Part shown: positions 19,907 through 28,278 of the stretch, in pieces
Position numbering within the stretch: the first letter of the stretch is position 1
Layout: every line of letters starts with the position of its first letter
Source: a virus
Lineage: Duplodnaviria; Caudoviricetes
Reading direction: 5' to 3' (one strand)
Length of the DNA: 60,708 nt
Virus record (IMG/VR): IMGVR_UViG_3300042465_002807
Span: 1 to 60,708 of that record
Position numbers and translations under genes: made by a program
Notes under the pieces: model-generated
Seen by the model: the letters and a program-made list of their open reading frames with translations, nothing else
What the model was told of the DNA's origin: nothing
Databases searched by the model: none

Positions 19907-20269
19907 ATGATTAAGTCTATTGTTTCTAGTATTGTTGCTATCAGTGTTCTTGCTACTCCTGTAGTTGCAGAAGCCAAGGGTCGCGGTGAACACCGCAGCG
20001 AACGCCACGAGCGCAAGCGCGGCAATCATATTAATACCGGCGAAGCTATTGCTATCGGTCTCGGTGCCTTTATTCTCGGTGCTGCTATTAAAAACAACAA
20101 TGGCCGCGATGAGGAAGTTGAGCGTGAAGTTTATGACCGCGAGTATGAATATCACTATCGTAACCGTGATGCATATTATCGCCGGGATCGCAACTGCCGC
20201 ACCACAGAAGTTACGGAATATGACTACTACGGCAATCGATATATTCGCCGTGAGCGCCGTTGTTTCTAA
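19907..20269 (+). CDS. Exported hypothetical protein with a glycine-zipper-like hydrophobic segment
   Basis: Signal peptide ...LATPVVAEA, AIAIGLGAFILGAAI, Arg/Tyr-rich tail; AAGGAGA RBS. Confidence 0.65.
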   Translation: MIKSIVSSIVAISVLATPVVAEAKGRGEHRSERHERKRGNHINTGEAIAIGLGAFILGAAIKNNNGRDEEVEREVYDREYEYHYRNRDAYYRRDRNCRTTEVTEYDYYGNRYIRRERRCF

Positions 20270-20278
20270 ACGAATCAC

Positions 20279-20307
20279 TTGACATTTGGTCGCGAATCGA
20301 CTATAGT
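20279..20307 (+). promoter_or_regulatory. sigma70-like promoter with GANTC in the spacer (P3)
   Basis: TTGACA-17-TATAGT, CGAATCG at 20293-20299; near-identical copy at 23097. Confidence 0.75.
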
Positions 20308-20342
20308 AAATAATGTGATTGATTGATTGATGAGGTTTTGTG

Positions 20343-22583
20343 ATGTCCCAGTTTGCTGAAAAGTCGATTCTCGCCAAGTTGTTGGCGACCGAAAACGTAA
20401 TGGTCGAACACCAGAAGGTGCCGACTGCCTATTTTGACCTGCAAAATCGCACGGTCGTTCTTCCCATCTTTAAAGAAATGTCCGCTGACCTCTATGACCT
20501 CTTGATTGGTCATGAAGTAGGTCACGCTCTCGAAACGCCTGCCGCCGGTTGGCATAGCAGTCTCTCTGAGAAGGGTGCTGGCTTCAAGTCGTTCCTTAAC
20601 ATCATTGAAGATGCCCGCATCGAACGCAAGATGAAGGACCGCTACCCCGGTATCCGTCGCTCGTTTTTCAACGGCTACAAAGAACTGTTCGACCAGAATT
20701 TCTTCGGCGTTGAAGGCATGGACCTCACCAAGTTGAAGTTCATTGACCGCATCAACCTTCACGCTAAGGTTGGTGCTTTCCTCAACATCAAGTTCTCTGC
20801 CGAAGAGCAGGCTTACGTTGACCGTCTCGACCAGCTCCAGACTTGGGATGATGTGGTTGCTCTGGCTACCGAACTCTACGAACGTGCCGAGACTTCGACC
20901 GAAGAACTTGACTTCGAAGAATTCATGAACGCCATGAGTAGCATGGCTGACAGCGACGGTGAGTTTGACCCCACCGCAGATTATGTCGAAGTTCCTGGCG
21001 CACCTGCGGCAGAGCAGGCTGAAAAGCAAGACAAGCCTCAGCCGTCTGCTGGCAAGTCCGAAGAAGAAACTTCCGACGACCAGCAAAGTGGTGGTCAGAC
21101 TGACAAGACCGAAGAAAAGTCGGACGAAGAAACCGACCAAGCATCTGACAAAGCCTCAGACGAATCTTCTGACAAAGATGCCGAGAAGACCGAAAGCGAT
21201 ATCGAACCATCTTCGTTCACTGACCAGAACTTCCGTGACAACGAGGACAGTCTTCTGGACGCCAGCGCCCGTGAGACTTTCTACTCCAAGTTGCCAGTTC
21301 TGAACCCTGCTGATTATGTTGTCGGTATCAAGACTGTTGAACAGATGCTTAAATTCACCGTTGGTGGCCGAGCAAAGATGAACGGCAAGACTGTCGAACA
21401 AGTCAAGATGGACCTCTACAAGGACTTTCTGGCTACGAACGGTAAGTACCTGTCTGCTATGGCTCAGGACTTCGAGCGTAAGAAGACCGCCCAGTCGCTT
21501 ATGCGCGCCCAGACTTCTAAGACTGGTCGTATCAATATGGACAAGGTATGGGCTTACAAGATTACGGAAGACCTGTTCCTTCAGAACACGGTAGTTCCTA
21601 ATGGTAAGAACCACGGCATGATTCTGTATCTTGATATGTCGGGCAGCATGTCGCCCAACATGGCTGGTACCATGGAGCAGTTGGTTCTGCTTGCTTCGTT
21701 CTGCCAAAAGGTTCGCATCCCGTTTGAAGTTTATGGCTTCATCACCAACTCATATGCGCCTGATGACTATAGTCGGTCAATTCGTAGCCGTAACGATTAC
21801 ACCGACAAAAAGAACCTCGTGATTAACGACCCTAACTTCCGTATGCTCCAGCTTGTTGCTACTGGTGTTTCTGGCGCTAAGTTCAAGACCCAGATGGCAA
21901 ATCTTCTAGCACTCGGTAAGTCTTATGACCGTCACTATGTTGACCTCTATCTTGACCATTCAGCCCAGACCGCGTTCGGTCTTGGTAGCACTCCTCTTGA
22001 GGAAGCTATCATCATCGGCCGCTACATTGCCGAAGAATTCAAGACCCGTAATCGGATTGAGGTTCTCTCGTCGGTGTTTCTGACAGACGGTCAGGGTGAT
22101 GCCAACTTTGGTGTTGCTGGTGGTCGCGACGGTGATAGCTTTCGTAAGAACCTTGCGATTGTTGACACAAAGACTCGTCGCACCTTTAAGGGTGAATATG
22201 ATGGTGGTAGCTATCGTTCTACGGCTTTCTGCCACGCTTTGCTCGACCTTTACAAGACCACTACTGGTTCGCGCCTGATTAACTTCTATCTAATGAACCC
22301 CTATGACCTCAAGTATATCATTGCTCGTTCTGGTCTTGATGGTGTGGTACAGGACGCTGTCCGTAAGTCATTCAAGAAAGAGGGTGCTGCCCTCCTCAAG
22401 AATGCGAACGGCTTTGATGACCAGTTCCTTATCAAGTCTGGTCGCAGCCTCCAGGTTCAGGAAGATACTCTTACTGTAGACTCGAACGATAAGAAGGAAC
22501 TTATGAAAGCCTTCAAATCGTTCCAGGACAAGAAAGCAATGGGTCGTGTAATCCTTTCTAAGATGGTCGAAGCGGTAGCCTAA
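20343..22583 (+). CDS. CobT-like protein: N-terminal HExxH metallopeptidase-like domain, acidic linker, C-terminal VWA domain
   Basis: HEVGHAL, NIIEDARIE, MIDAS DMSGSM, TPL, FLTDG. Confidence 0.82.
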   Translation: MSQFAEKSILAKLLATENVMVEHQKVPTAYFDLQNRTVVLPIFKEMSADLYDLLIGHEVGHALETPAAGWHSSLSEKGAGFKSFLNIIEDARIERKMKDRYPGIRRSFFNGYKELFDQNFFGVEGMDLTKLKFIDRINLHAKVGAFLNIKFSAEEQAYVDRLDQLQTWDDVVALATELYERAETSTEELDFEEFMNAMSSMADSDGEFDPTADYVEVPGAPAAEQAEKQDKPQPSAGKSEEETSDDQQSGGQTDKTEEKSDEETDQASDKASDESSDKDAEKTESDIEPSSFTDQNFRDNEDSLLDASARETFYSKLPVLNPADYVVGIKTVEQMLKFTVGGRAKMNGKTVEQVKMDLYKDFLATNGKYLSAMAQDFERKKTAQSLMRAQTSKTGRINMDKVWAYKITEDLFLQNTVVPNGKNHGMILYLDMSGSMSPNMAGTMEQLVLLASFCQKVRIPFEVYGFITNSYAPDDYSRSIRSRNDYTDKKNLVINDPNFRMLQLVATGVSGAKFKTQMANLLALGKSYDRHYVDLYLDHSAQTAFGLGSTPLEEAIIIGRYIAEEFKTRNRIEVLSSVFLTDGQGDANFGVAGGRDGDSFRKNLAIVDTKTRRTFKGEYDGGSYRSTAFCHALLDLYKTTTGSRLINFYLMNPYDLKYIIARSGLDGVVQDAVRKSFKKEGAALLKNANGFDDQFLIKSGRSLQVQEDTLTVDSNDKKELMKAFKSFQDKKAMGRVILSKMVEAVA

Positions 22584-22593
22584 AAATTACCGC

Positions 22594-22621
22594 TTGACTT
22601 CTCCATCGAATCTGCTATTGT
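22594..22621 (+). promoter_or_regulatory. sigma70-like promoter with GANTC in the spacer (P4)
   Basis: TTGACT-16-TATTGT, GAATC at 22608-22612; leader similar to the one at 35282. Confidence 0.65.
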
Positions 22622-22655
22622 AAAATAGTAGACAGAAGAGAGAAAGTGATTCGTT

Positions 22656-23093
22656 ATGAACCTTGGTGTCCAGATGAAGCAGAAATTTTTCGCCGAAGGA
22701 AATGTTTTACCGAAATGTGTTAATCCTGGTTGTGTCCGTTTCGTCCAGGTGCGAGATTGGAAAAACTGGTCTATTAAGTCCGAGTGTGGTAGCTGCTACA
22801 AAGCCCGTGTAACTGGCTTTCGTGGGCCTGCTATGAATGGTATAGAAATTCATAAAAAAGAATATTGTGAAAATGCTGATGGTCGATTGGGCTGGGAATG
22901 TCCCGTGCCAGTTCGTTCTTGGAAAGAACTTGGTATGTTAAATGCTCTTGACCTCGAGCATCTGGACGGCGACCATTTTAATAATGCTCCAGAGAATGTC
23001 GATACAATCTGCAAACTCTGTCATGGTAAGAAGTCCACTATCAATAATGATTTTTCAAATACCAAAGAATCTGCACGGCGAATCGTGCATTAA
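22656..23093 (+). CDS. HNH-family endonuclease-like protein
   Basis: Cys pairs and EHLDGDHFNNAPENVDTICKLCH HNH signature. Confidence 0.75.
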   Translation: MNLGVQMKQKFFAEGNVLPKCVNPGCVRFVQVRDWKNWSIKSECGSCYKARVTGFRGPAMNGIEIHKKEYCENADGRLGWECPVPVRSWKELGMLNALDLEHLDGDHFNNAPENVDTICKLCHGKKSTINNDFSNTKESARRIVH

Positions 23094-23096
23094 TGC

Positions 23097-23125
23097 TTGA
23101 CATTTGGTCGCGAATCGACTATAGT
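23097..23125 (+). promoter_or_regulatory. sigma70-like promoter with GANTC in the spacer (P5)
   Basis: TTGACA-17-TATAGT, CGAATCG at 23111-23117; duplicate of P3. Confidence 0.75.
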
Positions 23126-23172
23126 GAATAATGTGATTGATGATGTTTGTTTATGAAAAAGGTGATTTTATT

Positions 23173-24348
23173 ATGACTAATACCCGTGAAGCAATGCTTG
23201 CTGCCCTCCGTGCCTCTGATACAAATGGTGGCATTTTCCGCAAGCGTGAAGTTATTGCCGTGTCGAATGCTCTTGGACTCAAGAGCCGCATTGCAGACAA
23301 GATTATGGAAGAGGGTCTGAAGGTCTCTCGCGGCGTTTACGATTTGTCGGCTGCAATGGCTGGCGTGACTGCCATCCCCGCTCCAGTGATGCCCCAACCT
23401 GTTGCTGAAATTGTGTCGAAGCCTGTTGCCAAGACCTTGATGCAACCTAAGCTGGAAGTCACAATTGACAATCTGGTGCCCCGTGTCGATACGACCTACG
23501 TGCCGTTCGGTTTCTACAAGGACCTTGTCAAGGTTCTCAAAGCAGAGGCCTTCTACCCCACGTTCATCTCTGGTCTGTCTGGTAACGGTAAGACCACGAT
23601 GGTTGAACAGGCTTGCGCTAAGTTGAAGCGCGAGGTTATGCGTGTCAATATCTCGGTTGAGACCGACGAGGATGACCTGATTGGTGGCAACACCCTTGTC
23701 GATGGCAACGTGGTGTACCGCGAAGGTCCTGTTCTCACCGCCATGAAGCGTGGTGCAATCCTTATTCTTGATGAAATCGACCGTGGTTCGAACAAGATGA
23801 TGTGTATGCAAGCCATTCTCGAAGGCAAGCCTTACTTCAATAAGAAGACTGGTGAGACGGTCTACCCTGCAAAGGGCTTCAACGTGATTGCCACTGCTAA
23901 CACCAAGGGTCGTGGTTCCGACGATGGCAAGTTCATCTCGGCCCAGATTCTTGATGACGCCTTCCTTGAGCGTTTCGCCATCACCGTTGAGCAAGAATAC
24001 CCATCTGCTAAGGTTGAAAAGCAGATTGTCATGAACAAGATGGAAAAGGCTGGTGCGATTGATGAAGAATTCGCCGATAACCTTGTCACTTGGGCTGAAA
24101 TCATCCGTAAGACTTTTTACGATGGTGGCATTGACGACCTGATTTCGACCCGCCGTCTTGAACACATTGTCAACGCCTTTGCCATGTTCAAGTCGCGTAA
24201 CAAGGCTGTAGAACTTTGCGTCAATCGCTTTGATGCTGATACCAAGTCCGCATTCCTTGACCTCTACGGTAAGGTTGATGCTAAGGTTGATATCGCACCT
24301 ACCGAAGATGCAAATGATGACAAGTTTTTTGATGAAACCCCTTTCTAA
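23173..24348 (+). CDS. cobS: CobS/MoxR-like AAA+ ATPase
   Basis: GLSGNGKT, LILDEIDR, TANTKGRGS, AFLERF, ISTRRL. Confidence 0.9.
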   Translation: MTNTREAMLAALRASDTNGGIFRKREVIAVSNALGLKSRIADKIMEEGLKVSRGVYDLSAAMAGVTAIPAPVMPQPVAEIVSKPVAKTLMQPKLEVTIDNLVPRVDTTYVPFGFYKDLVKVLKAEAFYPTFISGLSGNGKTTMVEQACAKLKREVMRVNISVETDEDDLIGGNTLVDGNVVYREGPVLTAMKRGAILILDEIDRGSNKMMCMQAILEGKPYFNKKTGETVYPAKGFNVIATANTKGRGSDDGKFISAQILDDAFLERFAITVEQEYPSAKVEKQIVMNKMEKAGAIDEEFADNLVTWAEIIRKTFYDGGIDDLISTRRLEHIVNAFAMFKSRNKAVELCVNRFDADTKSAFLDLYGKVDAKVDIAPTEDANDDKFFDETPF

Positions 24349-24357
24349 GGAGATAGT

Positions 24358-24876
24358 ATGACAATTAAATATAAGTATAACGAAGGTGACCTGTTAAAGC
24401 AGGTCACCGAGTATGTCAACGCCACTTATGGGCAGCACTACTCGCAAAACAAGTACCAAGCTACCGAGTTTATCATTGATGGTGGACATGGCGTAGGCTT
24501 CACGGTTGGAAATATCATGAAGTATGCCCAGCGTTACGGTCATAAGGGAACTCCCGAAGACTGGCGCAAGGACCTCATGAAGGTTATTCACTATGCCATC
24601 ATTGCACTACATGTTCATGATAAGCAACAACAGCCCAGTCTAACAGGACTTTACGAGGATGTCAAGCTAAAACCTGCTCTAGCTACCGCCTTGTCTACGG
24701 TCACTTTGGGCGACTACCAAAATAGTGATGATACTATTACTTTTAGTCCCGACTTTGACCTTATGTTCGTTCCTAACTGGAATGAAAACCTTATGAACAC
24801 TAGTTCTCTCTTGACAACTGAGACAAATTCTGTTATATCAAATACTGGTACTAAGACCAAAAAGAAAAAGGGTTAA
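24358..24876 (+). CDS. DUF3310/SaV-like protein with a C-terminal extension
   Basis: YV.ATY.QHYS, GFTVGNIMKYAQRYG.K, DL.KVIHYA. Confidence 0.7.
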   Translation: MTIKYKYNEGDLLKQVTEYVNATYGQHYSQNKYQATEFIIDGGHGVGFTVGNIMKYAQRYGHKGTPEDWRKDLMKVIHYAIIALHVHDKQQQPSLTGLYEDVKLKPALATALSTVTLGDYQNSDDTITFSPDFDLMFVPNWNENLMNTSSLLTTETNSVISNTGTKTKKKKG

Positions 24877-24882
24877 TATATT

Positions 24883-25542
24883 ATGAAGATTTCCAATGAA
24901 ACACTTTCACTTCTAAAGAACTACGCTGGTATCAATACCAATATTCTGTTTCGGCAGGGTAATGTAATTGGTACCGTTAGTCCTGGGAAGAACATCTTTT
25001 CACGCGCCACGGTTACTGAAACCTTCCCGCGTGAATTTGCCATCTACGACCTGAATACTCTTCTGGCTCTTCTCACTTTGATGGAAGATCAGGATGTAGA
25101 TTTTGGCGAGAGTAGCATCAAGGTTAGCAAGGACGGTTCGAAGTTCGAATACTTCTATTCTGATCCCGGCACCGTGACCGCTGCTCCCGACAAGAACCTT
25201 GAGATTGAACCTGTGTGGTCGTTCGACCTTTCGGCGGACGCAATCAGTATGCTTCTCCGCGCCGCATCAATCACCTCGGCACCAATCATCAGCATTGTAT
25301 CGGATGGCGCCCAGGTTCAACTCAAGGTTGGCGACCCCACCAATTCTTCGGCAAACTCTTACACTAAGACTATCAGCACCGATGCTGCTCCCGTGTTTGA
25401 TTGCCGAGTGAAGACCGAGAACCTCAAAGTCCTGTCTGATAACTACACTGTCACGCTTGGTAAGAAGCGCGCCATGGAGTTTAAGAGCAAGGGTCGTGAA
25501 CTCGTTTATTACATTGCAATGGACCCTGCGTCCTCTATCTAA
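24883..25542 (+). CDS. gp45: Sliding clamp (gp45)
   Basis: MKISNETLSLLKNYAGIN, FPREFAIYDLN, YYIAMD. Confidence 0.93.
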   Translation: MKISNETLSLLKNYAGINTNILFRQGNVIGTVSPGKNIFSRATVTETFPREFAIYDLNTLLALLTLMEDQDVDFGESSIKVSKDGSKFEYFYSDPGTVTAAPDKNLEIEPVWSFDLSADAISMLLRAASITSAPIISIVSDGAQVQLKVGDPTNSSANSYTKTISTDAAPVFDCRVKTENLKVLSDNYTVTLGKKRAMEFKSKGRELVYYIAMDPASSI

Positions 25543-25553
25543 GGAGAAATAAT

Positions 25554-25721
25554 ATGACCAAGTTTGAATTTACATTTAATGCCCGCATTCCTTATGATGC
25601 CGAAGAAGACCCACGGGATGTAACCATTTCGTTTACCACAAGTGACGCGGACGAAGTTATTCGCCAGTTCAATAAGCTCCTCGTTCTTAATGACTTTGAT
25701 GCACAGGTGGCTGTAGTATAA
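25554..25721 (+). CDS. Small hypothetical protein (55 aa, MTKFEFTFNARIPY...), not in the ORF track
   Basis: AAGGAG RBS; TAATG overlap with the next gene. Confidence 0.7.
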   Translation: MTKFEFTFNARIPYDAEEDPRDVTISFTTSDADEVIRQFNKLLVLNDFDAQVAVV

Positions 25722-26305
25722 TGGCAGAGAAGTTTAAATTTAAAAACAAGTGGGATGATGAAGCCAGCGAACAGGAACTACCTGAGATTGTTCCTGCCGT
25801 AGTCTTCAAGACCCGTGTCCGTGATGACTCGATTGAAGGTCCAAACCCATTCCGTTGGGAAGATAAGACAACCTATGATTACTTTGCAGGTAAGCGTGTA
25901 GTTCTGTTCTCTCTTCCTGGTGCATTTACTCCAACATGTTCCACGATGCAACTTCCTGGTTTCGAACAGAAGTTTGCCGAGTTTAAGGCACTTGGTATCA
26001 AGGACATCTACTGTGTATCTGTCAATGATGCCTTTGTTATGAATTGCTGGGCCAAAGACCAGAAAATCAAGAAGGTCAAGATGATTCCTGATGGTTCTGC
26101 CAACTTCACTTCTGCAATGAGGATGGATGTTTACAAGGACAATCTTGGCTTTGGTCGTCGCTCGTGGCGTTATGCATGTGTTGTGAACAACGGCCAGATT
26201 GAGAAGTGGTTTATTGAAGGCGATGTCGTTGAAGATAACATCGATTCAGATCCCTATGGTGTAACTTCACCAGAAAATATTCTTGACTGGTTGCGCAACA
26301 ACTGA
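25721..26305 (+). CDS. Peroxiredoxin (Prx5/redoxin family)
   Basis: LPGAFTPTCS active site, SVNDAFVM, GFG.RSWRY. Confidence 0.93.
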   Translation: MAEKFKFKNKWDDEASEQELPEIVPAVVFKTRVRDDSIEGPNPFRWEDKTTYDYFAGKRVVLFSLPGAFTPTCSTMQLPGFEQKFAEFKALGIKDIYCVSVNDAFVMNCWAKDQKIKKVKMIPDGSANFTSAMRMDVYKDNLGFGRRSWRYACVVNNGQIEKWFIEGDVVEDNIDSDPYGVTSPENILDWLRNN

Positions 26306-26363
26306 TATATTGAATGCTGGTCACTAAGCCAGAGTCCGTGGATGCACTAACTTCGCGACGGAC
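26283..26363 (+). promoter_or_regulatory. Promoter (TTGACT-17-TATATT) plus a structured 5' UTR with two CACUAA-loop hairpins upstream of gp44
   Basis: CTGGT-CACTAA-GCCAG and GTCCGT...G-CACTAA-C...ACGGAC. Confidence 0.55.
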
Positions 26364-26383
26364 ATTTTACTTTATTATGGAGA

Positions 26384-27322
26384 ATGAATATGCGTGATGA
26401 CTTCCTCTGGGTTGAGAAGTATCGTCCTCGTAAGCTGGACGATTGTATCTTGCCCGACGAACAACTTAATACCTTTCGCCAGTTTGTGGCGACTGGTGAG
26501 ATTCCCAATATGCTCCTGTGTGGCTCGGCTGGTGTAGGTAAGACTACTATCGCCCGAGCCATTTGTGAGGAACTGGGTTGTGACTATATCGTTATCAACG
26601 GTTCAGAAGAATCTGGTATCGATGTTCTCCGCACCAAGATTCGTGAGTTTGCATCCTCTGTCTCGTTTACTGGCAAGACTAAGGTTGTTATTCTAGACGA
26701 AGCGGATTACCTGAATCCAAACTCTACTCAGCCAGCCCTTCGTGCCTTCATTGAAGAGTTTGCCAACAACTGCCGCTTCATCTTTACATGTAACTTCAAG
26801 AACCGCATCATTGCTCCTCTCCATAGTCGAACTGCGGTGATTGAATTCAAGTTGACTAAGGCTGATAGACCTAAGATGGCTGGTCGTTTCATGAAACGCC
26901 TTGGTGATATTCTTGAAGCCGAGGGTGTGCAGTATGATGACAAGGTTGTAGCCGAAGTCCTCAAGAAGCACTTCCCAGATTATCGCCGTGTTCTTAATGA
27001 ACTCCAGCGATACAGTGTAAGTGGTACTATCGATGCTGGCATTCTAGCCAACGTCCAAGAAATCAACATGAAAGAACTTGTTGATGCCCTGCGTGGCAAG
27101 GACTTCAAGAAGGTCCGTCAGTGGGTTGTAGATAATATCGACAACGATCCTGGTATCATCTTCCGTAAGATTTATGATTCCATTCTAGATGATGTTAAGT
27201 ATCCTGCCGCTCTTATCGTTCTGTTGGCCGACTATCAATACAAGTCTGCTTTCGCTGCTAACCAAGAAATCAATCTCGTAGCCTGTCTGGTTGAGATTAT
27301 GGCTGGAGTGGAGTGGAAGTAA
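26384..27322 (+). CDS. gp44: Clamp loader large subunit (gp44)
   Basis: LWVEKYRP, GSAGVGKTT, ILDEADYL, LHSR; true start may be ATG 26390. Confidence 0.96.
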   Translation: MNMRDDFLWVEKYRPRKLDDCILPDEQLNTFRQFVATGEIPNMLLCGSAGVGKTTIARAICEELGCDYIVINGSEESGIDVLRTKIREFASSVSFTGKTKVVILDEADYLNPNSTQPALRAFIEEFANNCRFIFTCNFKNRIIAPLHSRTAVIEFKLTKADRPKMAGRFMKRLGDILEAEGVQYDDKVVAEVLKKHFPDYRRVLNELQRYSVSGTIDAGILANVQEINMKELVDALRGKDFKKVRQWVVDNIDNDPGIIFRKIYDSILDDVKYPAALIVLLADYQYKSAFAANQEINLVACLVEIMAGVEWK

Positions 27323-27777
27323 TGAATGGTATTCTAGAGGGTCTAGGTGATCCGAAGGTAGAATACAAGCCAGAAGACTTTGTAGAGAAAAAAGCTAAGA
27401 TTTCTCCCTTCGATTTCATCAACGATATTAACCACAAAAAGACCAATCTTATTGTAGATGAGTGGTCTGAGAAGCAATACAATCCTTGGATTATCAATCG
27501 TGGTTTGAGTTTCAGTGCCGACACTGTTATTCCAGCCAACGAGATGAACTGCCGTCCACACCTGGACAAGTCTATGCAAAACTCTTTTCTTATAAATACA
27601 ATTAGGTCTAGAAAGCGATTCGACAAATGGATCAAACTCGAAGACGATGTAGAAATTGAGATGATTAAAGAGTATTATGGCTATAGTAATGAAAAAGCTC
27701 GCCAGGCTCTTACAATTCTCTCGGAAGAACAAAAACAAAAAATAAAAGAGAAATTGTATAAAGGTGGTAGAAAATGA
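27322..27777 (+). CDS. gp62: Clamp loader small subunit (gp62)
   Basis: Y.PWIINRGLS, ANEMN, IKEYYGYSNEKA; gp44-gp62-regA synteny. Confidence 0.92.
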   Translation: MNGILEGLGDPKVEYKPEDFVEKKAKISPFDFINDINHKKTNLIVDEWSEKQYNPWIINRGLSFSADTVIPANEMNCRPHLDKSMQNSFLINTIRSRKRFDKWIKLEDDVEIEMIKEYYGYSNEKARQALTILSEEQKQKIKEKLYKGGRK

Positions 27778-28190
27778 GCGAAGATTTTTTTGATATTAAC
27801 TATCCCGGGTATGCTCCCTTGGAAGTTAAGTTGGAGAATCCAGACGACTTTCTAAAGGTTCGTGAAACTCTTTCGCGCATCGGTGTAGCGTCCCGTAAGG
27901 ATAAGATTCTTTATCAGTCCTGTCATATCTTGCATAAGCAAGGTAGATATTTCATTGTTCACTTTAAGGAACTCTTTGCCCTCGACGGCAAGGATGCAGA
28001 CTTTAGTGATAATGATTTGCAACGTAGAAATACTGTTGCACATCTTCTTTCGGACTGGGGCTTGATTACTATCCTCAATCCAGAAATTCATGAGGACAAA
28101 GCTCCTCTGAATCAAATCAAAGTAATTGCTCACAAAGAAAAGAACGACTGGGAACTTATTCAAAAGTATAACATCGGTCGTAAAAAGTAA
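27774..28190 (+). CDS. regA: Translational repressor RegA
   Basis: DDFLKVRETLSRIGVAS, LYQSCHILHKQGRYFIVHFKELF. Confidence 0.97.
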   Translation: MSEDFFDINYPGYAPLEVKLENPDDFLKVRETLSRIGVASRKDKILYQSCHILHKQGRYFIVHFKELFALDGKDADFSDNDLQRRNTVAHLLSDWGLITILNPEIHEDKAPLNQIKVIAHKEKNDWELIQKYNIGRKK

Positions 28191-28221
28191 TTGACTTTCT
28201 TCTAAAAATGTAGTATAAATA
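28191..28221 (+). promoter_or_regulatory. Overlapping sigma70-like and late (TATAAATA 28214-28221) promoters for hsp20
   Basis: TTGACT-17-TATAAA, with an exact late consensus. Confidence 0.7.
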
Positions 28222-28253
28222 AAAAGTGCCACGCTTCGGGTGGCACTTTTTTT
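28221..28253 (+). terminator. Intrinsic-terminator-like hairpin in the hsp20 leader
   Basis: AAAAAGTGCCAC-GCTTCGG-GTGGCACTTTTTTT. Confidence 0.75.
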
Positions 28254-28278
28254 AATCTCGCTTAATAGGAGAACAATT

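Noticed and set aside
20301-24165. Long minus-strand ORFs (279, 183, 348 aa) opposite the VWA and MoxR genes
   Set aside because: Antisense shadows of strongly codon-biased genes; no RBS, no motifs
20343-24348. Cobalamin biosynthesis role for the cobS/cobT-like genes
   Set aside because: No cobN or other cob genes; generic MoxR/VWA pair
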